Virus record (IMG/VR): IMGVR_UViG_3300013132_004380
Length of the DNA: 64,000 nucleotides
Strand: one strand, 5' to 3'
Source: an uncultured virus (IMG/VR IMGVR_UViG_3300013132_004380)
Lineage: Duplodnaviria; Heunggongvirae; Uroviricota; Caudoviricetes
The position numbers and the translations under genes are program-made. This document shows positions 8,649-18,142 of this stretch, one piece after another; the stretch's first letter is position 1; the number at the start of each line of letters is the position of its first letter. The notes under the pieces are model-generated. The model was not told the DNA's origin. It saw only the letters and a list, made by a program, of their open reading frames with translations, and did no database searches.

Positions 8649-8930
8649 ATGGGGGAATTTTTCAAATTAGTGGCCGAAGTCGGTTTTCCTATAGCTGGTG
8701 CAATAGCTGCAGGATATTTTGTTTTCTTAACTTTGAAATTTATTCTTGCAGGAGTTACTGGCAGCGTAAACGGTTTAAAAGGCATTATTATGGCTTTAGA
8801 CAATCGTGTTAAAACTATGAATCACGATGTCATCAGAATAGACACTATTGTAAGCAATGCATTAGGATTAAAACCAGATGTAGATCGTATAGCTCGTGCT
8901 GATGGTAAAAACGACGCCCGCAGAGATTAA
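8649..8930 (+). CDS. small membrane protein (TM plus coiled coil), paralog of 9705-10073
   Basis: EVGFPIAGA...IMALDNRVKTMNHDVIRI aligns with KYGFPIVAA...LIALIDRIRMLDNDLIRM. Confidence 0.75.
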   Translation: MGEFFKLVAEVGFPIAGAIAAGYFVFLTLKFILAGVTGSVNGLKGIIMALDNRVKTMNHDVIRIDTIVSNALGLKPDVDRIARADGKNDARRD

Positions 8931-8932
8931 TT

Positions 8933-9127
8933 ATGCTTTATGTTGATTATGTTTGGCATTTAACCTCCAGCACCATGGTTCCAGATATTGAAATAGATAT
9001 CGATAAATTAAATTGGAAAGCAGGAGATTTTTGGCAAGTACAGGAACGTAACGGACAATTAATATTTTGTAAAGTGGATCCAATGGTGCAATTTTTATTA
9101 GAAGGTGCAGTCGATGGACGTAGTTGA
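8933..9127 (+). CDS. hypothetical protein
   Basis: 64 aa ORF in operon arrangement. Confidence 0.6.
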   Translation: MLYVDYVWHLTSSTMVPDIEIDIDKLNWKAGDFWQVQERNGQLIFCKVDPMVQFLLEGAVDGRS

Positions 9128-9152
9128 ACTTATCAACAAGTATGGTTTCTAA
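9114..9152 (+). pseudogene. orphaned 5' fragment of the 9705-10073 gene
   Basis: ATG..TAA encodes MDVVELINKYGF*, matching MDSLVELINKYGFP at 9705. Confidence 0.75.
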
Positions 9153-9199
9153 TTTGTTGTTAGGTTGGCCCAAACATACTAAATTAGATAAATAAAAAC

Positions 9200-9703
9200 A
9201 TGAAACATCTACATCATATTATTCCAAAACATATGGGCGGAACAGATGACCCATCAAATTTAAGAGAACTCACGATAGAAGAGCATGCTGAAGCACACAG
9301 AAAGTTATATGAAGAATTCGGTAAACCTCAGGATAAAAGAGCATGGATGGGGTTAGCAAAACTTATGACAGGTAAAGAAATTATTAAGGAAATTTTAACT
9401 TCCCCCAAGAGTGAAGAACATAAAAGAAAGATAAGTGCAGCATTGAAAGGTAAACCAAAACCTTGGCAAATTGGATCAAGACACGGTGCTGGAAATGCTG
9501 GTAAGCCCAAGAGTGAAGAACATAAACGCAATATAGGACTTAGTAAATTAGGAAAAAAAAGAGAACCATTTTCAGAAGAATGGAAACAAGCTCTTAAAGA
9601 TGCAAAGGCGAAAGAACCTTATAAAACTTGCCCACATTGCGGATTAAAAGGAAAAGGACCAAATATGACCCGTTATCATTTTGATAAATGCAACAGGAAA
9701 TAA
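9200..9703 (+). CDS. HNH homing endonuclease with NUMOD3 repeats and C-terminal zinc ribbon
   Basis: HHIIPKHMGGTDDPSNLRELTIEEHAEAH; two PKSEEHKR repeats; CPHC...HFDKC. Confidence 0.88.
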   Translation: MKHLHHIIPKHMGGTDDPSNLRELTIEEHAEAHRKLYEEFGKPQDKRAWMGLAKLMTGKEIIKEILTSPKSEEHKRKISAALKGKPKPWQIGSRHGAGNAGKPKSEEHKRNIGLSKLGKKREPFSEEWKQALKDAKAKEPYKTCPHCGLKGKGPNMTRYHFDKCNRK

Positions 9704-9704
9704 T

Positions 9705-10073
9705 ATGGACTCATTGGTGGAATTAATTAACAAATACGGCTTCCCAATTGTTGCAGCAGGTGGTACCGGATATATGATTTATTATGTGTGGGAATGGGCC
9801 ACTAAAGAAATTAAACCTGTATTAAGTGAAGCAAATACTACTCTTATCGCACTAATAGATCGTATACGAATGCTGGATAATGATTTAATCAGGATGCAAC
9901 AAAAAGTTAATACAGTATTACATCTCAGAGGTAAAATAATCGAGTCGGAACGTGTACTTGAAGTAGTTAAGGTTGACAATGAAGCAGATAAAAAGTTTAA
10001 AAAGGCCATCATCGACTCTGACAAAAACGTAGACCTTGAAGATAAAAACACTGCTGCATCTGGTGAAAGTTAA
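9705..10073 (+). CDS. small membrane protein (TM plus coiled coil)
   Basis: ATG at 9705 after AGGA; paralog of 8649-8930. Confidence 0.75.
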   Translation: MDSLVELINKYGFPIVAAGGTGYMIYYVWEWATKEIKPVLSEANTTLIALIDRIRMLDNDLIRMQQKVNTVLHLRGKIIESERVLEVVKVDNEADKKFKKAIIDSDKNVDLEDKNTAASGES

Positions 10074-10771
10074 TGGCGGAATTATTATATCTACTACTTA
10101 CAACTCATTTTACTATTATTTGCGTTACTGTATATCTACATAGATCTCAAGCTCACAAATCTGTAATTTTAAGTCCTGTAATCAGCCATATCATGCGATT
10201 TTGGCTTTGGTTAACTACCGGAATGATTACCAAAGAGTGGGTAGCAGTTCATCGTAAACATCATCGATTTTGTGATCATGAACAAGATCCACACAGTCCC
10301 CAGGTTCACGGTATTGCTAAAGTTTTGTTTAACGGCAGTTATTTGTATTATCAAGCAACTAAAAATATCGCCGACGTTGATGCTTACGGAAAACAAACTC
10401 CTAACGACTGGATTGAACAAAATTTATATACTAAACATAAAAACATAGGAATAATATTGTTATTGATATTCAATTTACTATTATTTAACTGGTGGGGTCT
10501 AGCAATCTGGGTTGTACAGATGATTTGGATTCCCTTTTGGGCAGCAGGTGTAATAAACGGTCTTGGACATTTTGTAGGTTATAGAAATTGGTCTACAAAA
10601 GATTATAGTAGAAATATTTTTCCTTTTGGGATCCTAATAGGCGGTGAAGAATTACACAACAATCATCATAATGATCCAAAATCTTGCAGATTAAAAAATA
10701 AATGGTACGAAATTGATATTGGATACTTGTATATTAAATTGTTTGTGCTACTCGGACTCGCTAAAATTTGA
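10073..10771 (+). CDS. delta-9-type fatty acid desaturase
   Basis: His boxes HRSQAH, HRKHH, HNNHH; DPHSP; GEELH; TM segments. Confidence 0.9.
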   Translation: MAELLYLLLTTHFTIICVTVYLHRSQAHKSVILSPVISHIMRFWLWLTTGMITKEWVAVHRKHHRFCDHEQDPHSPQVHGIAKVLFNGSYLYYQATKNIADVDAYGKQTPNDWIEQNLYTKHKNIGIILLLIFNLLLFNWWGLAIWVVQMIWIPFWAAGVINGLGHFVGYRNWSTKDYSRNIFPFGILIGGEELHNNHHNDPKSCRLKNKWYEIDIGYLYIKLFVLLGLAKI

Positions 10772-10892
10772 TTTTACCCCGTTCATACAAATAGTTTTAA
10801 AAAACTCATCACATTCCCCATAAATCATAATAGGGGAATAATAACTCAATAAGCTATAATAAATCAATTGATCGAACCAATATTCAACTAAT

Positions 10893-12971
10893 TTATTTTG
10901 AAGTTGCCACATAGGTGCCATCCCAATCTGAGGGTAAATGTTTGGCACTCATTTCTTCAATTCGTTCCTGCCAAATTGAATAATAATTGTCCATTTGATT
11001 GTCAAATTCGCCGACTAGTTCCTTACATAATTTCATTGCAGTTCGAAAATTTTGTTTTCTATAATTTAAAAGCATTACTTCGTGTGTTTTTCTGGCTTGC
11101 TGATACTTACGCATGATTATTGTATTTTCCGGCGGAAACAACACGGTATAAATGTTAACTCCTTCTTTTTTTCCTTTTACTGCAATTTTATCTAATTCTA
11201 AAACAAAAAATTCATCTTTTACATATTCAGCAGTTTTCGGACCAAGTACGATTTTGACGCCGTACGGCTTACTTTGACCTTCCAATCGGGATGCCAAATT
11301 GACGCCATCACCCAAGCAAGTATAGTCAAAACGCTGACTACTTCCCATGTTACCAACCACAACGGTATCAGTATTAATGCCAAGACCCATACCAAAAGGC
11401 GGTACACCTTCTGCCGAAATTTCTGCATTAAACGCATCTAAGCTTCCCATCATTTGTAAACCAGTTCGTACTGCATTCTTGGCATGTTCTGCATCATCCA
11501 ATGGCGCATTCCAAAATGCCATTTGAGCATCACCTATATACTTGTCCAATGTACCTTGATTTTCTAATATCTTGGCTGTCATTGCAGTCATATAACGATT
11601 CATTATTTTAGTAAGACCTTGTACGTCTTTTCCGTAATGTTCACTGATGCTTGTAAACCCGCGCACATCAGTGAACATAATAGATAACTCTCTACTGTCT
11701 CCACCTAACTGTAGTAATTCTGGATTTTTCTGTAGTTTTTCAACCATTGCTGGCGACAAGTAAGTGCCAAATTGTTTTTTAATTTGTTGCTTTTGTAAAT
11801 ATTCACTTACAAATTTTATTCCGTATGCGTGAAGACTGACCAATAATAGACCACTAATAATGGCAGTAGCATCAATGAGCCATAAGTAGGATTGATATAA
11901 AGCATAACTGCCATAGCCAAAAGAGAACACCATAACGACAACTGCTGCCAAACCTGCATAAATCCATCTTGTTAATGTTAATAAAATTATTCCCGAAAAT
12001 CCTAAAATAACAATTTCTAGTCCATCTGCGTAATCGGGCCGTTGAATTGTAACTCCGTTTATCATTGTTGCAATAATACCTGCCTGTGCTTCATGAGGGT
12101 ATACAGCGCCTCGACTGGTGGGCACGGGATTAGCCAATCCTGCGGCTGTGACTCCGACTACTACAATAGCTTTGTTGAAATCTTCGGGCAAATTCATCAC
12201 GCTTACGCTCTGAGACGTTTGACTCCAATCAATCCAAATTCTTCCCAATGCATCTGTACTAATGGGTCCGAATTTAGGAATACGCATACGTTCAACACCG
12301 TTTTCATTTAATTTAACTTGTACAGTGGTATCGTCCGCTGCTATCCTCAGTGTTTCCATGGCTAAACTTGGATAAATTTTTCCGTCAACAGTTATTACTA
12401 ACGGCACTCTACGATTTACTCCGTCGACTTCAGGTAATGTATTAACAATGCCAATACCTGCTGCTGCATTTTCTAAAATAGGAATATTAGCAATAAGACC
12501 GGGGTACTGAACTATTCTGTCCATATATTCAGGCGCAAGTACTGCACTGCCGGGATTTCTGGGAGAATTTCTCGTTTGATCACTGGGTGCACTCGGTAAT
12601 ACAACGGGAAAACGTTTTAAAATTTCAGCCAAACGACGATCTTGATTACTTCTATCATTGTTAGGCATAAGAACGTTGAAAACAACAAGACCAGCATTCC
12701 TTCTATACAGATCCTCAATAATTTCAGCATAAATCCCTCGCGGTAAAGGCCATTGCCCATACTGATCTAAAGCTGCTTCGTCTATATTAACTGTAAAAAT
12801 ATTTGAAGGTTCTGTTTCTTTAGATAAGATTAATGTGTCAAAATATCTTAGTCTAACCGATTCGACTAAACTGGGATCATAAACTCTAACCGCAACAATG
12901 ATTGTTAAAGTTATCAGAGCTGTCCATGGACTTAATAGTAATTTTTTAATTTTCTTCATCTGGTCTTGCAC
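10893..12971 (-). CDS. CHASE2-domain class III adenylate cyclase
   Basis: N-terminal TM; CHASE2 (IDEAALDQYGQWPLPR, EVDGVNRRVPL); 3 TM; FTDVRGFT, DKYIGDA, DYTCLGDGVNLASRLE; start may be ATG 12959. Confidence 0.92.
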   Translation of the reverse strand: MQDQMKKIKKLLLSPWTALITLTIIVAVRVYDPSLVESVRLRYFDTLILSKETEPSNIFTVNIDEAALDQYGQWPLPRGIYAEIIEDLYRRNAGLVVFNVLMPNNDRSNQDRRLAEILKRFPVVLPSAPSDQTRNSPRNPGSAVLAPEYMDRIVQYPGLIANIPILENAAAGIGIVNTLPEVDGVNRRVPLVITVDGKIYPSLAMETLRIAADDTTVQVKLNENGVERMRIPKFGPISTDALGRIWIDWSQTSQSVSVMNLPEDFNKAIVVVGVTAAGLANPVPTSRGAVYPHEAQAGIIATMINGVTIQRPDYADGLEIVILGFSGIILLTLTRWIYAGLAAVVVMVFSFGYGSYALYQSYLWLIDATAIISGLLLVSLHAYGIKFVSEYLQKQQIKKQFGTYLSPAMVEKLQKNPELLQLGGDSRELSIMFTDVRGFTSISEHYGKDVQGLTKIMNRYMTAMTAKILENQGTLDKYIGDAQMAFWNAPLDDAEHAKNAVRTGLQMMGSLDAFNAEISAEGVPPFGMGLGINTDTVVVGNMGSSQRFDYTCLGDGVNLASRLEGQSKPYGVKIVLGPKTAEYVKDEFFVLELDKIAVKGKKEGVNIYTVLFPPENTIIMRKYQQARKTHEVMLLNYRKQNFRTAMKLCKELVGEFDNQMDNYYSIWQERIEEMSAKHLPSDWDGTYVATSK

Positions 12972-13197
12972 CTCTCACTGTTGCTCCAGTTTCATCTGCA
13001 GCTAACTTTCTACATTTTTCATTAATCTCACCTTTCATACAAACAGGCAAGATTGTTCTTCTCTGTCGTTCAATTTCTTGGCGTTTGATTAAATTTTCAA
13101 ATGCAGATTTCATCCTATAATTTTGTACCATTAAGTACAAAGACAAAATAGCCAATGTTGCTATTAGTAGTATCAAAACGGCCCTTATGTTAAACAT
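12946..13197 (-). CDS. small membrane-anchored protein
   Basis: N-terminal TM; TATAAATA 5 nt upstream of ATG. Confidence 0.6.
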   Translation of the reverse strand: MFNIRAVLILLIATLAILSLYLMVQNYRMKSAFENLIKRQEIERQRRTILPVCMKGEINEKCRKLAADETGATVRGARPDEEN

Positions 13198-13205
13198 AAG
13201 AGTAT

Positions 13206-14027
13206 TTATAGAAGCATGTCTTCAACTATTTGTTCCATTTTATACTGTGGACTATAACCCAAACTTTTAAGTTTTTCTGTGTTCATAAACATACTATGAA
13301 CCTGTACAATTTTATGAAAATCTGGCGGTTCTATATTATTCATTATACTGGTGCTGTTTAACTTTCGATGTGCATAATCAATTATAGTTCTAAATTTAAC
13401 AGGTACACCATTACCAATGTTATAAATTTCATTAAGGTTGCCTTTGTTCATAACCAAAGCAATGGCTTTAGCAACATCTTTCACGTGTACATAGTCTCTA
13501 TACATATTGCCATTATCATAAATGTTTATGTCTCTATTTGCTTTGAGTTCATTGATCAAATGTTGTAAAGCATTTTTCTTTAAGCTGGCTTTAGGATCTC
13601 CCGGACCAACAACATTGGCTAATCTAAGAATTCTGTAATTGATGTTAAAAACTTTTGAATACGTAATTAATAAATCTTCTGCTGCTTTTTTAGTAATACT
13701 ATAAAACCCAGTGGGTTTACAAATGCTGTTCTCGTTGGCCGGCATATCTGTATCACCGTACACAAACCAACTGCTGACAAAATTGAAAGTAACTTGTTTA
13801 TCTTTGCACTGTTCTAATACACGCATTAATGTAATTAAATTAGTTTCTATATCTAAGTAAGGATTAGTTAACATATTGTAATTACTGATGGTGCTGATCA
13901 GATATAAAATCTGTTCAGATCGTACGGTATAATCATGTCTTTCATTGACAATGCAGTTGGGATTTTGTCTTACAAATTCGGATCCGACGAATCCCGATCC
14001 GCCGAAGACTTGGATAGAATTTTTCAT
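13206..14027 (-). CDS. NAD-dependent nucleotide-sugar epimerase/dehydratase
   Basis: GGSGFVG, VSSWFVYG, YSITK (YxxxK), RDYVHVKDV. Confidence 0.88.
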   Translation of the reverse strand: MKNSIQVFGGSGFVGSEFVRQNPNCIVNERHDYTVRSEQILYLISTISNYNMLTNPYLDIETNLITLMRVLEQCKDKQVTFNFVSSWFVYGDTDMPANENSICKPTGFYSITKKAAEDLLITYSKVFNINYRILRLANVVGPGDPKASLKKNALQHLINELKANRDINIYDNGNMYRDYVHVKDVAKAIALVMNKGNLNEIYNIGNGVPVKFRTIIDYAHRKLNSTSIMNNIEPPDFHKIVQVHSMFMNTEKLKSLGYSPQYKMEQIVEDMLL

Positions 14028-14030
14028 AAT

Positions 14031-14642
14031 TTATTGTTGATTGATTGATGTTGCGCAACCAGCTAATAATCCACAAGATTGAATTATACTATAATGTTGT
14101 GAAATAGAACCTTGTTGTGTTAAATTTAAAGTTGCCGCACCACCTGAATTAGTTAAATTTATAGTGGCACTGTGATTACCGCTGTCTTTTTGATTTGTGA
14201 TAACACTGTGGCCGTTTCCATTAAGGGTTAAATTCAATGAATGCTCTCCAACTCCTTGTTGAACAGATTGTATTGAATTGTTATTTCCCAAAATTGAACT
14301 AATGATAGATTTATTAGGAGAATTTAGTTGGGTAAAATTCAAAAGATTTGAATTTCCTTGCACATTAGATTCTAATATATTTCCCGAAGTTTGATCTGAA
14401 AACATTATGTTGTTATGACCAATAATAGACATTCTTACAGTATTACTGTTAATTTGTGAAATGTTAATTTCGTTACTGTCCCCATTGATCACACTATTTT
14501 GTTGATTGATACCAGTTATGGTGTTGGAGCTGCCAGTTTGATTAATAACAATTTGATTATTGCTGCCTATTTGTTCTATAAAAATAGAATTATCAGCAGC
14601 GTACAAATTGAAAGACAATAATAAAAAAATTAAATATCTCAT
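14031..14642 (-). CDS. secreted curlin-repeat-like protein
   Basis: Signal peptide; repeated IxQxGxxN units; N/Q/S/G-rich. Confidence 0.7.
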   Translation of the reverse strand: MRYLIFLLLSFNLYAADNSIFIEQIGSNNQIVINQTGSSNTITGINQQNSVINGDSNEINISQINSNTVRMSIIGHNNIMFSDQTSGNILESNVQGNSNLLNFTQLNSPNKSIISSILGNNNSIQSVQQGVGEHSLNLTLNGNGHSVITNQKDSGNHSATINLTNSGGAATLNLTQQGSISQHYSIIQSCGLLAGCATSINQQ

Positions 14643-15745
14643 TTTTGTATTAATGTAATTGAAGTACCATTTCCTTGGTTTACTCTATTACTTATAGTGA
14701 TAGAACCTTGTACTTGAACAATTGTTGAATTTTGATTTATTGGCGTAGTGACGCATTGTTGATCACCGCCACCATCTCTGCACAAAGTGACGTAAGGTTC
14801 ATCTTTTACTGCGATAACTCCGCTGCTTCGTCTGTAATCTGGTAGAACTGTATCAATTTCATCTAGCATACGTTCATTCAATGCGTCCATAACTATGTCA
14901 AATACATTATTAAGAAAACTGTTATCTAAAAAAGTATAACTAAGTCTATCTTGCCATATTTGTGCTTGAGCTTTATCAAGTGCATTTTCTAAATCTTTTA
15001 CAGCCAGAAAATCTACATCTAAAAAATTCTTTTGTGTTTCTTGTTTTTCAGCAGAATCTTTTAATTCACGTGGGGGACTTAAAATTAACATGTTTCCTAT
15101 TGCGTCTTCGGACAAATTTAAAATTACAGGAGTTCTTGGGGGAGAATTTCTACTATCGACCCTTGTTGCTTGAAAAGGCTGATTTAATATAACTATACCT
15201 GCATCTGTTTCAATTTGAATTTGACCTGTTACGCAGTTTGATTCTATGTCTGATTTAGTTCTTGAAGGCTTGTTATCGGGACAGCTTGGTAATAAAATAA
15301 TTGTGCTTTGACCTAATTCTTCTACTGTTGCTGTAAAATCGGTGCCTCTGACAGAGATAGTAGCCGTCGGAGTTTTAAGTGCAACATTCTGTGGGGATTT
15401 TTTTGCAATCTGTCCGCTGGCATATCTAACGGTACCAATAGCAATTTTAGCTCCTAGTTTACCAGTGTTCGATTTAGGATCATAAACAAAATCATCAATT
15501 ACTAATCTGCTGTTTTCATTGACTTGAACTTTTGTGTTATCTTCAAAGGTTATCCCCACTTTTCCCTGTTGAGTTTTGATGCTGTCGGCCATCTCCACTG
15601 TTTGACCTTTTTTCCCCTCCAACTGTTGATTTTTTCTCTGAATGCTGGCTGGACTGTTCAACTGTTCTGTTACTGTTCCTATCCCTGCTTTGCAGTTCAA
15701 GGATATAATCACCAAGAGTAACACAATTGCCCTGCATATGATCAT
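14639..15745 (-). CDS. FecR-domain periplasmic protein
   Basis: Signal peptide; DSIKT...ITFEDNTKVQVNENSRL, TPTATISVRGTDF. Confidence 0.85.
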   Translation of the reverse strand: MIICRAIVLLLVIISLNCKAGIGTVTEQLNSPASIQRKNQQLEGKKGQTVEMADSIKTQQGKVGITFEDNTKVQVNENSRLVIDDFVYDPKSNTGKLGAKIAIGTVRYASGQIAKKSPQNVALKTPTATISVRGTDFTATVEELGQSTIILLPSCPDNKPSRTKSDIESNCVTGQIQIETDAGIVILNQPFQATRVDSRNSPPRTPVILNLSEDAIGNMLILSPPRELKDSAEKQETQKNFLDVDFLAVKDLENALDKAQAQIWQDRLSYTFLDNSFLNNVFDIVMDALNERMLDEIDTVLPDYRRSSGVIAVKDEPYVTLCRDGGGDQQCVTTPINQNSTIVQVQGSITISNRVNQGNGTSITLIQK

Positions 15746-15747
15746 CT

Positions 15748-16530
15748 TTAATTTGAGGTTGTTATAGAAAAAGTATTACCCGATCCAGCACTCAATATAT
15801 TTACTGTAGTATCAATGGTTCCGCTTTGATTAATTGTGGTATTATTACTAGATCCTGTATAATTCATAACCACACTATGACCAGATACTCCACCTCCCGA
15901 TTGTGTTATACTGGTAATATTTGTTGCACCCACAGTAGTTATATTAATTGTTCCTTTGTCACCTGTCAAGTTTAGTGTAGTTTCGTTTCCACCTCCACCT
16001 GTTTGACTTATTGTGGTAGTAGTGTTATTGGCATTGATGGTGCCCACTAATTGATTATTATTTCCTCCACTGGTTGTTACTGTCATAGTATTATCAGAAC
16101 CTAAAATGTTTAAATTCATTATAGATCCATCACCAGTCTGATTTAAATTTAAGGTAGTACTTGCATTCGAACCTGCACCATCATTGTTTAAATTTAAAGT
16201 TGCAATTGCATTATTACCGGTATTTACATAAGTGATGTCTGTGGGACTGCTACCATTTGCAGTTGTAGTTACTACTCCCATATTTAATATGTTCCCACTA
16301 CCAATTTGTTGTATATCAATATTAATTGCATCACCTGTAAATTTAGCAGGATTGGTGTTACCTGTTCCTACTCCTTGTATACTACGAACTCTATTACTTG
16401 CACCATCTTGAAGAATTGTAATAGTTGCATTATCTCCTGCTTGATCAATATAGATAGTGTTATCAGATGCATGAACAGGTAAACTTACTGCAGCAATTAA
16501 TGAAATTAAAAATTTCATTGGTTTTATCAT
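15748..16530 (-). CDS. secreted curlin-repeat-like protein
   Basis: Signal peptide; DNTIYIDQAGDN, QDGASN, QQIGSGN, QTGGGGN beta-solenoid repeats. Confidence 0.7.
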   Translation of the reverse strand: MIKPMKFLISLIAAVSLPVHASDNTIYIDQAGDNATITILQDGASNRVRSIQGVGTGNTNPAKFTGDAINIDIQQIGSGNILNMGVVTTTANGSSPTDITYVNTGNNAIATLNLNNDGAGSNASTTLNLNQTGDGSIMNLNILGSDNTMTVTTSGGNNNQLVGTINANNTTTTISQTGGGGNETTLNLTGDKGTINITTVGATNITSITQSGGGVSGHSVVMNYTGSSNNTTINQSGTIDTTVNILSAGSGNTFSITTSN

Positions 16531-17333
16531 TTTTTATCCTTTCCGTTTTCTTTAAATTCCCAAACTTGTTTTCTTTGACCTTCTTTAATTAGTTCGATAA
16601 CTGCTGCTTCAATAGCAGTTTTTACAGCATAGGTGCCAGGTTCATTTATAGTAATTCCCGACTCAGATTCAAATGCTTTTGTCCCCAAATCAAAAAACTT
16701 TAAAGTACTAAAACTATCTGCAGTACTAAGAATGGTTTTTTGTACAGTAACGCTGACTAACACTTTTCCGGTATTGACACTCACTGCTCTTAAACTCACT
16801 GTAACAATATCTTCACTATATTGAGTTTGTGCGCCGATGCCTAACCACCTTGCTCCAGCGCCTCCCGATTTTGTACTAGTGTCAAAACCTATTATGCCTC
16901 CCTCAATTATTAATCCCGCAAATTGCATTGGCATTAATGGTTTAGCATTAACTCCTTCATATGCTTCACGCATTTGACGTATTATCAATCGTTCTTTAGT
17001 TAAGTTATCTAACCCAACACGTTCTACTACTTCAAACCAACGACCATTACCTGCATCTTGTAATGCACGAATCAGAAAAGTTTCAGCCCCTTGAGTAACT
17101 GCAGTGCTTAAGCTGGCAATATTACTTTGACTCCTTCTTTGACCAGTTTTATCTAAAAAACTGTAAACTGCGACGCTGATAGGCTTTTGAGATGAAGGAG
17201 CAGGAACATTTTCCAATTCTCGTTGCATCATGGATTTAACTGTGACAGGCAAACTGTTTAATTGTCCTGCATTTTGATGAATAGCGCATCCAGATAAACC
17301 AGTTATTAATAACATTAGAAATAGTGTTTTCAT
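16527..17333 (-). CDS. csgG: curli secretion channel lipoprotein CsgG
   Basis: Lipobox LSGC; VAVYSFLDKTGQR, STAVTQGA, WFEVVERVGLDNLTKERLIIR. Confidence 0.92.
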   Translation of the reverse strand: MKTLFLMLLITGLSGCAIHQNAGQLNSLPVTVKSMMQRELENVPAPSSQKPISVAVYSFLDKTGQRRSQSNIASLSTAVTQGAETFLIRALQDAGNGRWFEVVERVGLDNLTKERLIIRQMREAYEGVNAKPLMPMQFAGLIIEGGIIGFDTSTKSGGAGARWLGIGAQTQYSEDIVTVSLRAVSVNTGKVLVSVTVQKTILSTADSFSTLKFFDLGTKAFESESGITINEPGTYAVKTAIEAAVIELIKEGQRKQVWEFKENGKDKK

Positions 17334-17335
17334 AA

Positions 17336-17791
17336 TTAAAATTGAAACTGTCCTAAAGGTACAACCACTGTGGTATTGACACCTGGTCCAGTTACAATTA
17401 ATTTGATAGTGCCATCTAGGCTATTTTTTTCCCATGCTATTTGAGTATTTGTTTCGGTATCAAAAGTAAAGATTCCACTATTACTTCCACCTTCTTTAAA
17501 CATAGCAGTAGCAAGATTTTGACTTATTTGAGCATAGACTCTGGATTCTAAATTATTTAAAAATTTATTGATATTACTGTTTTGCTCTGCAGTCTTGATC
17601 TTATCTAACTCTGCTTGCAATTTGTCTGCAATTGTTTTTTGTCTTACTGTTTCTTGGTTTTCGATAGTTAATACATGACTACTGAACCCAATGCCGTTAA
17701 AACTGGGGTTTTTAAATGTGAAATCAGGTAAAGGTGCAGCAAATATTGCTGAACACACTAAACCTGACATAATAATTACTAATTTTACCAT
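17336..17791 (-). CDS. csgF: curli assembly component CsgF
   Basis: Signal peptide then FTFKNPSFNG; FLNNLESRVYAQIS; adjacent to csgG. Confidence 0.8.
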   Translation of the reverse strand: MVKLVIIMSGLVCSAIFAAPLPDFTFKNPSFNGIGFSSHVLTIENQETVRQKTIADKLQAELDKIKTAEQNSNINKFLNNLESRVYAQISQNLATAMFKEGGSNSGIFTFDTETNTQIAWEKNSLDGTIKLIVTGPGVNTTVVVPLGQFQF

Positions 17792-17842
17792 TTTTACCTC
17801 CCTTATTATTTAAAGATGGCAGGTAAAAAGTTTTCTTACGTG

Positions 17843-18142
17843 TTAATTAACTAAACGATCAACTATGCTATCATAGAATGAATCTAATTCGCCATTAAAT
17901 TTTCCGCGCAGATGTTCTACTGCTTCTATGCAAAATTTGTAATTTTCTTTTTTATATTCTTCGATAAATGTATTATGCAACTGTCTGGAAGCTTCCAATG
18001 ACGGTAGTTCTGTAACAGATACTTTATCCACTACACAATAAGCGGTGATTTCTTTTCCATTTCGTTCAAATGTTTCTAATTCTAATATTGTATAGTTTTT
18101 TTCAAGTTTTTCTTTTACGTTTTTATCCCATACTATATTCAT
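17843..18142 (-). CDS. stand-alone paralog of the adenylate cyclase C-terminal region
   Basis: YTILELE...HNTFIEEYKKENY...LRGKFNGELDSFY aligns with cyclase FFVLELD...HEVMLLNYRKQNF...LVGEFDNQMDNYY. Confidence 0.65.
   Translation of the reverse strand: MNIVWDKNVKEKLEKNYTILELETFERNGKEITAYCVVDKVSVTELPSLEASRQLHNTFIEEYKKENYKFCIEAVEHLRGKFNGELDSFYDSIVDRLVN

Noticed and set aside
9114..9745. Group I intron or ribosomal bypass joining the remnant to the downstream gene
   Set aside because: Less than 50 nt of non-coding sequence, no intron core, and the downstream gene has its own SD and ATG
10748..10948. 66 aa minus-strand ORF between desaturase and cyclase
   Set aside because: Overlaps both neighbours, no clear SD or motif; not supportable
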